Shown piece after piece: positions 9,717-18,019 of a stretch of 64,000 bases of DNA. The notes beneath the pieces are model-generated. The model did no database searches and was not told the origin of the DNA. It worked only from the letters and a program-made list of their open reading frames with translations. The position numbers were made by a program, and so were the translations under genes. Source of the DNA: Gemmatimonas sp. UBA7669 (lineage in GTDB: Bacteria > Gemmatimonadota > Gemmatimonadetes > Gemmatimonadales > Gemmatimonadaceae); contig NZ_DLHL01000001.1 of assembly GCF_002483225.1 (NCBI RefSeq), positions 63,325-127,324 on the forward strand. Direction: 5' to 3'. The stretch's first letter is position 1; every line of letters begins with the position of its first letter.

Positions 9717-10589
9717 CTAGTGCTTCGTGCCGACGTTGAACACGAACGTCGTACGCGAGACGTCCCACTCCCTCGCGGCGCCGCCCGCCTTCCGGCTGGC
9801 GTATGCGGACCGCAGCATGACCGGACCGGCCTTCGCCAGCGGGATGTGCACGACGCCCTTCGCGTCCGCCGTGAACGGGACGCGGGTGACCGAGGCCGTT
9901 GCGGCTCCCGCGCTGTCGAGGCCCGTCGCGAGCTCGATGCCGATGCCGGCGACGGGGCTTCCGCTCCCGAGCATCCGCACGTGCAGCGTGTCACCAACCT
10001 GCACGTGCGATGGGTCGTTCACCGGGACGAACTCAAGGCGTATCCCGGCTGGCTTGGCGAAGGCGCGCGGTCCGCCCGTGCCGATCTCCACAATGGTGGC
10101 GGCGTAGCCGCCGTGCGTGAAGATGACGCTGTCGAGACCCGCAAACGCGTTCTCCCGCTCCAGGCGCGCGGCTTCGAGCGCCCCACCCTCGGCCTTGAGA
10201 AACCGAATGACGCCGGCTGGCGTCTCACGAAACACGCGCGGGGCCAGCCCGATCACGATCAGGTACTGGCCGGCGGCCGCGGGTTTGTGATGCAACTGGA
10301 GCGAGGTGCCCTGAACTCCCATCTCCGTGATCTTGGCCGACGAGGACGCGCCGATGATTCGTGCGTCGACGATGCGCTCCGCCGGCACCGCGGTCCCCGC
10401 CGGAAACTTCGTTCCGCCTTGTCGCACGTTGAAGTGCATCGTGGCATTCGCCGCGAAGGCGACGAGGTCGGGAATGATCCAGGTGTCGTGTGCCAACGCG
10501 GTCGAGGCGAGGGATACCATCGCGGCCGCCGCAGCAACGAGCGTGCGAGCGGTGGGCGCTGACGTGTGCTTCCGGCGGGTGGTGCGCAT
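9717..10589 (-). CDS. DUF4198 family secreted protein 1
   Basis: Signal peptide ending ALA|HDTWIIPD; GIRLEFVPVNDP...VGDTLHVRML; FTADAKGVV...GPVML DUF4198 pattern. Confidence 0.8.
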   Translation of the reverse strand: MRTTRRKHTSAPTARTLVAAAAAMVSLASTALAHDTWIIPDLVAFAANATMHFNVRQGGTKFPAGTAVPAERIVDARIIGASSSAKITEMGVQGTSLQLHHKPAAAGQYLIVIGLAPRVFRETPAGVIRFLKAEGGALEAARLERENAFAGLDSVIFTHGGYAATIVEIGTGGPRAFAKPAGIRLEFVPVNDPSHVQVGDTLHVRMLGSGSPVAGIGIELATGLDSAGAATASVTRVPFTADAKGVVHIPLAKAGPVMLRSAYASRKAGGAAREWDVSRTTFVFNVGTKH

Positions 10590-10645
10590 AGGGAAAGCCT
10601 TGGGCGGGGGTCTGACGGCTGTCGATGGTTGCTCGACTGACTTGC

Positions 10646-10674
10646 AGGATACGACGGGTTTTACGAGGTGTAAA
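10646..10674 (-). promoter_or_regulatory. Promoter (TTTACA-N17-TATCCT) with operator 4 (TTTAC-GAGGT-GTAAA, 10660-10674) overlapping the -35
   Basis: Same geometry as the blaI promoter. Confidence 0.82.
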
Positions 10675-10755
10675 GGCGGCGCGTCGGGAATCGCACTCCC
10701 CGGTGCACACGTACTCGGCGAACTGGGGCTCGTGCCGCTCGCGCGGAAGGCGTAC

Positions 10756-10770
10756 TTTACCCACGGTAAA
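10756..10770. promoter_or_regulatory. Putative operator 5 (TTTAC-CCACG-GTAAA) upstream of the NTF2-DUF4198-BNR-TlpA-CcdA operon
   Basis: Perfect palindromic arms overlapping a -10-like TACTTT at 10753-10758; 38 bp before ATG 10809. Confidence 0.82.
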
Positions 10771-10808
10771 GAGTGCACCACTCCCGTCACTTCCCGCCCG
10801 GCGATCCC

Positions 10809-11276
10809 ATGCACCCCGTCCTGCGCCTTGGCGCGCTCCCTGTCGCGCTGGGAGTCTGCCTCCTCGCTTCCCCGGTCGCCGCCCAGGCCACCCGCGCCGA
10901 CTCCAGTGCCGCCGTGGCTGTAGTCGAGCAGTTCCACGCCGCCCTGACCGCCGGAGATTCTGCCCGTGCGGTGGCCGCCCTGGCCAGTGACGTGCTCGTC
11001 CTTGAGAGCGGCGCGATCCAGACCCGGACCGAGTATCTCGGCCACCACCTTGGCGCGGACATGAAGGCGAGCAAGGGATCCAAGGCGACGCGCACCGTGG
11101 TGCAGGTGCGGGTGATGGGAGACGCTGCGTACGTGGTCTCGAAGACCGTCTCGCCACCAACGGGTGCGGAGGGTTCGACGGGCTCGGAGATGGCAGAGCT
11201 GATGGTGCTTTCCAAGACAGCATCGGGCTGGAGCATCCGGGCCGTGCACTGGTCCTCGCGCCGGCGCCGCGCGTGA
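10809..11276 (+). CDS. Secreted NTF2-like (SnoaL/DUF4440) protein 2
   Basis: Signal peptide; AVVEQFHAALTAGD, YLGHHL and WSIRAVHWSS; shares the YxxHHL motif with protein 1. Confidence 0.8.
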   Translation: MHPVLRLGALPVALGVCLLASPVAAQATRADSSAAVAVVEQFHAALTAGDSARAVAALASDVLVLESGAIQTRTEYLGHHLGADMKASKGSKATRTVVQVRVMGDAAYVVSKTVSPPTGAEGSTGSEMAELMVLSKTASGWSIRAVHWSSRRRRA

Positions 11277-12178
11277 CGCGCAGTGGAGCAACCGCGGGCA
11301 GACGCAGTGCTCAAGGCCGCATACTTCGGGCAGCCGCCGTCGTCGCGGCATTGCTCGCAGGTTCGACGTCACTCCTGACCGCGCACGATTTCTGGCTGGT
11401 GCCTGATGCGTTCGCTGTGACCCCGGGCGGGCGCATCGCGCTGCGTGGTCAGACGTCGAGCCTGTTCCCGAGCAGTCTGTCGGCCGTCACGCCGGATCGC
11501 ATCGTGGCCGCGCGCGTGGTCACGGCCAACACGGCCGTTACGGTACGCGATGTCTCGGTGCTCGGGACATCGCTTCGACTTGCGCACCCGGCAGCAGCGG
11601 CTGGACAGCATCTGGTCGGCGTGCAGCTCGCGCCGCGGAACGTCCGCGAATCCCCTGCCAGCTTTCGTCGGTATCTCGATCTGGAGGGGGCGCCGGAGGC
11701 ACGGGAGCGCTATGAGCGTGAGGGGCTGCTCCCCCGCGTGGGCGGGGACAGCATCACGCGCCGCTATGCCAAGTACGCGAAGACCGTGGTCGAAGTCGGC
11801 CGCGGGCCGCGCGCCTTTCAGCGGTTGCTGGATCACCCGCTGGAGTTCGTGCCGCTCTCCGATCCGTCGGCGCTCCGCGTCGGCGACACCTTGCGGATTC
11901 GGCTCGTGTTGCTCGGCAAACCGGCGACGTCGGCGCATCTCCATGCGGGCTCTATACCGGCCGGACCAACCGCGCTCACCGACACCGCCGCGGCACGCCG
12001 CGCCGCCGCGCGTGACGTGAAGCTGGAGACCGACGCGGGTGGCGTCGCCGCCATCGTGGTGACACAGCCCGGTCTCTGGAACATCCGTACCCTGCAGATC
12101 GTGCCCGCCGCGAAGGGCTCCGGGGCCGACTGGGATGTGCATTGGGCCACGTTGGTCTTCTCGGTCGCACGACGCTGA
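11273..12178 (+). CDS. DUF4198 family secreted protein 2
   Basis: GTGA overlap with the upstream gene; LTA|HDFWLVPD; RRYAKYAKT; PLEFVPLSDP; TDAGGVA...GLWNIR. Confidence 0.85.
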   Translation: MTRSGATAGRRSAQGRILRAAAVVAALLAGSTSLLTAHDFWLVPDAFAVTPGGRIALRGQTSSLFPSSLSAVTPDRIVAARVVTANTAVTVRDVSVLGTSLRLAHPAAAAGQHLVGVQLAPRNVRESPASFRRYLDLEGAPEARERYEREGLLPRVGGDSITRRYAKYAKTVVEVGRGPRAFQRLLDHPLEFVPLSDPSALRVGDTLRIRLVLLGKPATSAHLHAGSIPAGPTALTDTAAARRAAARDVKLETDAGGVAAIVVTQPGLWNIRTLQIVPAAKGSGADWDVHWATLVFSVARR

Positions 12179-12216
12179 CCGCCGACGCTCGCCTTCCCTT
12201 CAACCATAGGCATCCG

Positions 12217-13506
12217 ATGAAGCGTCGTCTGCTTGTTGTGTGCACTGCGCTCGGCGCAGTGGCCGTCAGTATGGGCAATCGCGCCCCCGCGGATGCTCCG
12301 TCCGGCGCTACGGAGCATGGATCGTCTGGACGCGTGCTCCCGGCGCGCATCGACAGCATCGGGAGTCCCGCGGCCCCCGGAAGCGCGGAGCCGTACCTCA
12401 CGGTGGGGCCAGACGGCCGGGTATACATGTCGTGGCTCGAGCCCGCGAATCCCGGCTACGCGCTTCGCTTCGCGGTGCACGATGGCACGCGCTGGTCGCC
12501 GGCCCAGACCATCGTCACGCGCAGCGACTTCTTCGTGAACTGGGCGGACTTCCCGTCGCTCGAAGTGCTCGGCGGCAACCGCCTCGCGGCGCACTGGCTG
12601 CAGCGCAATGGCACCGGCACGTATGCCTACGGGGTGCGCATCGCGCAGTCCGCCGACGGTGGCAAGACGTGGGGAGCGCCCGTCATCCCGCATCGCGACA
12701 CCTCCCAGACCGAGCATGGCTTCGTCGCCATGTGGAACGAGGGTGGCACGCTCGGCGCGGTGTGGCTCGACGGCCGGAAGTTCAAGCAGCCAGGCCACGG
12801 CACGCCGGCGTCCGGCGGGCATGACGCCGGCAACGAGATGATGCTGGTGTCGACCACGTTGGACGCGAAGGGAGTGCGGGGGCCCGAGGTCCGACTGGAT
12901 GAGCGCACCTGCGACTGCTGCCAGAACGCCGCCGTGATGACGAGCAGCGGGCCGATTGTCGCCTACCGCAACCGAACGACCGACGAGATCCGCGACATCT
13001 ATGTCACCCGTCGAGTCGGCGCGAAATGGGTCGCCGGTGCCCCTGTTCACAACGACAACTGGAAGATTGCGGCGTGTCCGGTGAACGGGCCGGCACTCGC
13101 CGCGAGCGGCGCTCGCGTCGCCATTGCGTGGTTCACCGCCCCCGGGGACAGCGGCCGCGTCAACGTCGCCTTCTCCGACAACGCCGGCGCGACGTTCAGC
13201 GCCCCGGTGCGCGTCGACGGCGGGAGCCCCGCAGGGCGCGTGGACGTGGCGCTACTTCCTGATGGCGCCGCGCTCGTAACCTGGGTGGAGCGCGTCGGCG
13301 GCGACGTCGCCGCGGTGCGGTCCCGGCGCGTCGGGCGCGACGGCAAGGTCGGTGCGCCAATGACCATCGCCTCCAGCTCCGCGGCGCGCGCCAGCGGCTT
13401 TCCGCGCGCCGCGATCACTGGATCGAACGTGCTCTTTGCGTGGACGGTGCCCGGCCGGCCGTCGGCGCTGCGTGTTGCCCGTGCCTCGCTCGCGGAGTTT
13501 CGATGA
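12217..13506 (+). CDS. BNR/Asp-box (sialidase-like beta-propeller) secreted protein with CDCC motif
   Basis: SADGGKTW and SDNAGATFS Asp-boxes; FFVNWADFPS, ERTCDCCQ and WKIAACPVNGP. Confidence 0.8.
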   Translation: MKRRLLVVCTALGAVAVSMGNRAPADAPSGATEHGSSGRVLPARIDSIGSPAAPGSAEPYLTVGPDGRVYMSWLEPANPGYALRFAVHDGTRWSPAQTIVTRSDFFVNWADFPSLEVLGGNRLAAHWLQRNGTGTYAYGVRIAQSADGGKTWGAPVIPHRDTSQTEHGFVAMWNEGGTLGAVWLDGRKFKQPGHGTPASGGHDAGNEMMLVSTTLDAKGVRGPEVRLDERTCDCCQNAAVMTSSGPIVAYRNRTTDEIRDIYVTRRVGAKWVAGAPVHNDNWKIAACPVNGPALAASGARVAIAWFTAPGDSGRVNVAFSDNAGATFSAPVRVDGGSPAGRVDVALLPDGAALVTWVERVGGDVAAVRSRRVGRDGKVGAPMTIASSSAARASGFPRAAITGSNVLFAWTVPGRPSALRVARASLAEFR

Positions 13507-14054
13507 GTTGTGGGGACCCAACGCGCCGGGCCACGGCGCTGTTCACGTTCGCATTGCTCGCGATCAGCGGCTGCACGTCAGCGGAGCGCAGCGGGAACGC
13601 CGCGGCGGGCGACGGCCGAGTGGAGGTTGGCTTTGCAGCTCCGGCGTACGCCACGGTGTCGCTTGACGGCGATTCGGTTTCGCTCGCCGGGCAGCGTGGC
13701 AAGGTCGTGCTGCTCAACGTGTGGGCGACGTGGTGTCACCCGTGCCGCACGGAGATCCCGGAGCTGCGCGCGATCCATGCGAAGTATCAGGCGCAGGGCC
13801 TGGAACTCATCGGCGTCAGCGTCGATACGGACGGCACCGACGAGGCCATCCGCACCTTCATGCGCGACTTCCAGATGACCTTCCCAATCTGGCGCGATCC
13901 GGACGAGCGGGTGTCGACACAGTTCCTCGTGGTGGGTGTGCCGGCGACGTTCCTGATCGACAAGGCAGGCGTCCTCCGCTGGCGAAAGACCGGCCCGATT
14001 GCGCCGGGCGATACGTCGCTCACGGCGGCTATCGAACGCGCGCTGGGCTCGTAG
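13503..14054 (+). CDS. TlpA/ResA family thiol-disulfide oxidoreductase
   Basis: VVLLNVWATWCHPCRTEIP; GVPATFLIDKAG; ATGA overlap with the upstream gene. Confidence 0.92.
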   Translation: MSCGDPTRRATALFTFALLAISGCTSAERSGNAAAGDGRVEVGFAAPAYATVSLDGDSVSLAGQRGKVVLLNVWATWCHPCRTEIPELRAIHAKYQAQGLELIGVSVDTDGTDEAIRTFMRDFQMTFPIWRDPDERVSTQFLVVGVPATFLIDKAGVLRWRKTGPIAPGDTSLTAAIERALGS

Positions 14055-14779
14055 TGCAGTCCGCGTCCATTGGCGTCACCATCAGCTTCACCGCCGGCGT
14101 CCTGAGCTTCCTCTCGCCGTGCGTGCTGCCGCTCATCCCGAGCTACGTGAGCTTCATCACGGGCATGAGCCTCGACGACGTGCAGCGCTCTCGCCGGACG
14201 ACGCTGCTCCACGCGCTGCTCTTCGTCGCTGGCTTCACCATCGTCTTCATGGCGCTGGGCGCCACGGCCACGGTGCTCGGCCGCCTGTTCCATCAGGAGC
14301 GCGATTGGGTGGGCCGCGTGGGCGGCGTGCTGGTGATCGTGCTCGGGCTCTACTTGCTGGGCGTCTTCAACATCGGCGCGTTCTCCCGCGAACGTCGCGT
14401 GCACATCGCGAACAAACCCCTGGGCTACCTCGGCACGGTGCTCGTGGGGATGGCGTTCGCCGCCGGGTGGACCCCGTGCATCGGCCCGATCCTGGGCGGC
14501 GTGCTCACCTACACGGCAAGTTCGGCGGACCTGAACCGCGGGCTGTTGCTGCTCTTCGCGTACTCGCTCGGGCTGGCGCTCCCGTTCCTGCTCGCCGCGC
14601 TCATGATCGACAAGTTCATGGCAGTCTTTCAGCGCTACAAAGGGGCGCTCGTGTGGATGTCGCGCGCGTCCGGGGTGTTGTTGATCGGGATCGGCATCCT
14701 GATGATCACCGGCAGCATGACCGTCCTCACGACGTGGCTGCAGCAGTGGACGCCGGACGCACTCCGCAACCGCATCTAG
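14054..14779 (+). CDS. ccdA: Cytochrome c biogenesis/thiol-disulfide transporter CcdA
   Basis: AGVLSFLSPCVLPLIPSY and AAGWTPCIGPILG motifs; GTG overlaps the tlpA stop. Confidence 0.92.
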   Translation: MQSASIGVTISFTAGVLSFLSPCVLPLIPSYVSFITGMSLDDVQRSRRTTLLHALLFVAGFTIVFMALGATATVLGRLFHQERDWVGRVGGVLVIVLGLYLLGVFNIGAFSRERRVHIANKPLGYLGTVLVGMAFAAGWTPCIGPILGGVLTYTASSADLNRGLLLLFAYSLGLALPFLLAALMIDKFMAVFQRYKGALVWMSRASGVLLIGIGILMITGSMTVLTTWLQQWTPDALRNRI

Positions 14780-14842
14780 GGATCGGCGCGTCGAGCCGCT
14801 GACCGGCGTGGTGTCGCCTCCCTTCGCGGCTCGCGTTGCGCC

Positions 14843-15388
14843 TCAGCGCAACGTCTCAGGTGCGATCCGCTCCGCCCGAAGGGTGCGCTGCCCATAGGGC
14901 GTCAGGCCGCGGGGCTTGTAGATCGAGAGAACGGTGGTCACCAGCAACACGAACAGCGCGGCGCCCGCGTTCGCGATCAGTTGGATACGCACCTGCCGCT
15001 CGTCGCCTGCGGCGAGCACCCGCGTCGAGGCCACGTCGGCCAGGTAGCTGATCGGACGCATGCGCAGGAGCAGGATCGCGCTTGCCGGCACGGTGAGGAC
15101 CAGCTTGGCAATCACCCAGTAGTGCCGGACCAGCCCCCACAGCGTCCCGAGTGACTGGACAAGGCCGGTCACCAAGGTAGCGATGCACAGTGGGACGATC
15201 ACGGCCCACGCCGTCGTGTCCATCGACAGGTAGGCAGCGCGAACGCTCAGGGGGTCAGGGCTGCGGATGCCGGCGACCGCCAGCGCCAGAAAGGCGGCGA
15301 CCGCGCCGAACCAGCCGAGCGAGGAGGTCACGTGCGCGGTGAGGGCGGCCTTCCGGAGCCACGGACCCATGGGAGCGAGGCGCATCAC
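14843..15388 (-). CDS. DUF2269-like four-helix membrane protein
   Basis: LTAHVTSSLGWFGAVAAFLAL, TGLVQSLGTLWGLVRHYWVIAKL and LSIYKPRGLT patterns. Confidence 0.7.
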   Translation of the reverse strand: MMRLAPMGPWLRKAALTAHVTSSLGWFGAVAAFLALAVAGIRSPDPLSVRAAYLSMDTTAWAVIVPLCIATLVTGLVQSLGTLWGLVRHYWVIAKLVLTVPASAILLLRMRPISYLADVASTRVLAAGDERQVRIQLIANAGAALFVLLVTTVLSIYKPRGLTPYGQRTLRAERIAPETLR

Positions 15389-15564
15389 GATCCGTGACCG
15401 CGGAAGCCACCGCCGGCGAGGTGCATGACGACGAAGGCGAGCAGCAGCACGGCCAGCACCGCGGCGAACACCTTCACCCAGCGTGGCATGGGTGCGATGG
15501 ATTCGTCTCCCCCGTCCTGGCGGGGGCGCTCAGTAGGCTCCGTGTTCGGACGCAGTGCAGCCAT
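15385..15564 (-). CDS. Small single-TM protein (PRWVKVF...HLAGGGFRGHGS)
   Basis: 59 aa; ATGA-coupled to the DUF2269-like gene; one hydrophobic helix with a C-terminal His/Gly tail. Confidence 0.6.
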   Translation of the reverse strand: MAALRPNTEPTERPRQDGGDESIAPMPRWVKVFAAVLAVLLLAFVVMHLAGGGFRGHGS

Positions 15565-15583
15565 GGAAGCACTCCAGCGAGTG

Positions 15584-15844
15584 TTAATTGCGCGATGGCG
15601 CCACAGCGGGCGGGCGGCCGTCGGTCCCGGCCGGCACACAACACCCGGCACCCTGCTGAACCGGCGGACAGCGTACCGACCCGTACGAGCAGAACACGCA
15701 ACAGTCGCCCGCCTTTGGGCGGAGCAGCGTCTGGCATCCGGCGCACGGGTGGAAGAAAACACAGGCGTCCGTTGGCATCTGCAGGACGTCGTGGTGTCGG
15801 CAGATCGGGCACCACATCGTTGACTCCAGAATGGTCGGTGGCAT
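15584..15844 (-). CDS. GDCCVxC domain-containing small Cys-rich protein
   Basis: CPICRH...MPTDACVFFHPCAGCQTLLRPKAGDCCVFCSYGSVRCPPVQ. Confidence 0.85.
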   Translation of the reverse strand: MPPTILESTMWCPICRHHDVLQMPTDACVFFHPCAGCQTLLRPKAGDCCVFCSYGSVRCPPVQQGAGCCVPAGTDGRPPAVAPSRN

Positions 15845-16047
15845 CGAGAAACCTACCACGGGCGTCGCCACCGAAAGCGCCCTCCGGGGCGGCCGGATCG
15901 CCACAGCAGGAAGGCGGACGGGAGACGACCCCGAAGGCGGCGCCTAGATTCTCAGGTGGCACGGCACATCGACGCCGTGCAGCAGCGGTGGACCAGGCGG
16001 CGGCGCGCTTCCTACCCACGGCGACATTCCACGAACCCACGGCGTTG

Positions 16048-17025
16048 ATGACCACAGCATCGATGGATGAGGCGGAGGATTTCGCGTACCACTACCCACC
16101 AGAACTGTTGGCGCTGCTGATCGAGGTGATCCCGCGCCTCAGCCGCGCCAAGCGCGACGTGCTCCTGTTCTTCCGCGGTGCCGGGACGCCCGAACGGCTC
16201 TTTGCCGATCTCGCTGACCAACTCGCCACCGCGCCGGACGGCGTCCGCAAGGCGGATCTCGCGCGGACCGTGTTGACGCGGGTCAATGACGGCGGGGATC
16301 CTCTGCTCCGCGTCCGCAGCGAAATCGTCAAGCGCGTGTGCGAGTGCACCGACTTCAGCCGATGCTGGCCGGACGACCAACTCATCGCGCACGGGCTCGT
16401 GGCTCGGGTCCAGCACGTGGTGAACGTCAAGGACACCTTCACGCGCATCAACCTCGAGCGGCAGCGCGAACAGCAACTGCGGCGCGAGGGCATTGAGCGG
16501 ACCGCCGCCGAGCAGGCCGACGCCCTGCGACAGCGCGCGATGGTCCAGCAGGCGTTCTTCGCGCTCTTCGGCGAGCCGGATGCGCACCGGCGGGGCAAAG
16601 CACTCGAAGGCGTGCTGAACGCGCTGTTCGCGCTCGATGGCCTGCTGGTGCGCGAGGCCTTCACCCTGCGCGGCAAGCCCGGCGATGGCATCATCGAGCA
16701 GATCGATGGCGTCGTCCAGCTCGACAGCCATCTCTACCTCGTGGAGATGAAGTGGTTGAACGCGCCCCTCGGGGCCGGTGACGTGGCCCAGCATCTGGTC
16801 CGCCTCTACCATCGCGGGGATATGCGCGGGCTGTTCCTGAGCTATACCCCGTTCACCCCGGCCGCCCTCGACGCGTGCCGGGATGCCCTGCACCAGCGCG
16901 TCGTGTCACTCGTGCTCCTCGAAGAGTTCGTCGGCGTGCTGAACCGCGGCGACAACCTCGCGGCCATGCTCCGCGCGAAGGTCACGGCCGCCATGATCGA
17001 GAAGCGCCCCTTCCTCCCGGTGTAG
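16048..17025 (+). CDS. Mrr-like restriction endonuclease with uncharacterised N-terminal helical domain
   Basis: RGKALEGVLNALF...EQIDG...YLVEMKW...GLFLSYTPFT is an Mrr_cat-type PD-(D/E)XK motif. Confidence 0.75.
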   Translation: MTTASMDEAEDFAYHYPPELLALLIEVIPRLSRAKRDVLLFFRGAGTPERLFADLADQLATAPDGVRKADLARTVLTRVNDGGDPLLRVRSEIVKRVCECTDFSRCWPDDQLIAHGLVARVQHVVNVKDTFTRINLERQREQQLRREGIERTAAEQADALRQRAMVQQAFFALFGEPDAHRRGKALEGVLNALFALDGLLVREAFTLRGKPGDGIIEQIDGVVQLDSHLYLVEMKWLNAPLGAGDVAQHLVRLYHRGDMRGLFLSYTPFTPAALDACRDALHQRVVSLVLLEEFVGVLNRGDNLAAMLRAKVTAAMIEKRPFLPV

Positions 17026-17512
17026 CGGCTCCCATCGCGTAGAGCCGGAGCACCGAACGACCGCTGTCGTGCCCGGGACGTCGTCTGCGTGAGGCGCGAA
17101 CGTGTGCTGAGGGGCCGGGCGACCGCGGCGCAGTGGGCCGCCGAGACCTGAACTGAGAGCGCACACCCTTGGCGAGCAGTCCCCCTCGGCGCGCGCGCCC
17201 GAGGCAGGCGCCGACCTGCAGGGCCGCGTGGTGTCGGCTGCTACCTGTCCCTGCGATGTGTGACATCCAACCCGGCTCACCACAGCATCTACGCCCAACA
17301 CGGGGCAACGCCGTGCTGTCCACCGAACACGCACGCGACCGCCTCGGACCGGACGCGGCCGAACCAAGTCCATACAACGGATCCTGGCACTGAAGGAGTC
17401 CGTCCGTTCCGTATCTGCGCCCCGTCCACCGCATACGGGCAGCGCCGTGCCGACGCACTGTGTCTCACGACCTCGTGCAGAGGCCGTGTTTCGCCGTCTC
17501 ATCACAAATCGC

Positions 17513-17615
17513 CGTGTCCAAACCAGCTAAGCTATTGATTTGACATGCCTTCCTTGGGCGATTTGGACACGCGACATGGACACGCCCGGATATAACGGCA
17601 ACGGCGGCAAGGTGG
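17513..17615. mobile_element. Probable att site / right boundary of an integrated island
   Basis: CGTGTCCA (17513-17520) is inverted relative to direct repeats TGGACACGC (17564-17572 and 17577-17585). A perfect IHF consensus (minus strand AATCAA-TAGC-TTA, 17528-17540) lies between them. The Hsp15 reading frame begins abruptly after ~17600. Confidence 0.7.
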
Positions 17616-17908
17616 ATGTGAACGGTGACCGGGCGAAGCGCGCCAAGCAGATCCAGGCCGGTGACACGGTACGCCTGAGGCAGGGCCCGATCGAATGGGT
17701 GCTGGTGGTGCGCGAAGCGGCGGGCCGGCGCGGGTCGGCGGACATCGCGCGTGGCCTCTACGACGAGACTGACGACGGACGCCGCAAACGCGAGACTGTG
17801 ACAGAGCAACTGCGCAGCATGCCCACGGCGTTCTCCCATGGTGACAGCAAACCCGGCAAGCGCGACCGTCGGGCTCTGAGGCGCCTCAAAGGCGACGAAG
17901 CGTGGTAA
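17576..17908 (+). pseudogene. hslR: 5'-truncated Hsp15 (S4-domain ribosome-associated heat shock protein)
   Basis: GGKVDVNGDRAK...GDTVRLRQG...RRG...LYDET...KPGKRDRR is Hsp15, but the conserved N-terminal RIDKWLWAARFFKTR helix is absent and replaced by MDTPGYNGN. Confidence 0.75.
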
Positions 17909-18019
17909 TCGGCTGCGGACCGTCACACTTCATGAATTGTGCGTCACAGTGGATGCGCGGGGGCCGTTTTTGGTTAGTGTTGGGCGCTGACGGACTCTTC
18001 CTCTTCTCTCTCCCTTCGC

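Noticed and set aside
12217-13506. True sialidase activity
   Set aside because: Asp-boxes only indicate a propeller fold; I saw no FRIP motif, and the context is metal/thiol-related.
17026-17510. tRNA gene or integrase remnant next to the att-like site
   Set aside because: No cloverleaf (no TTCGA T-loop in proper context, no CCA end) and no recognisable recombinase motif in any listed frame.
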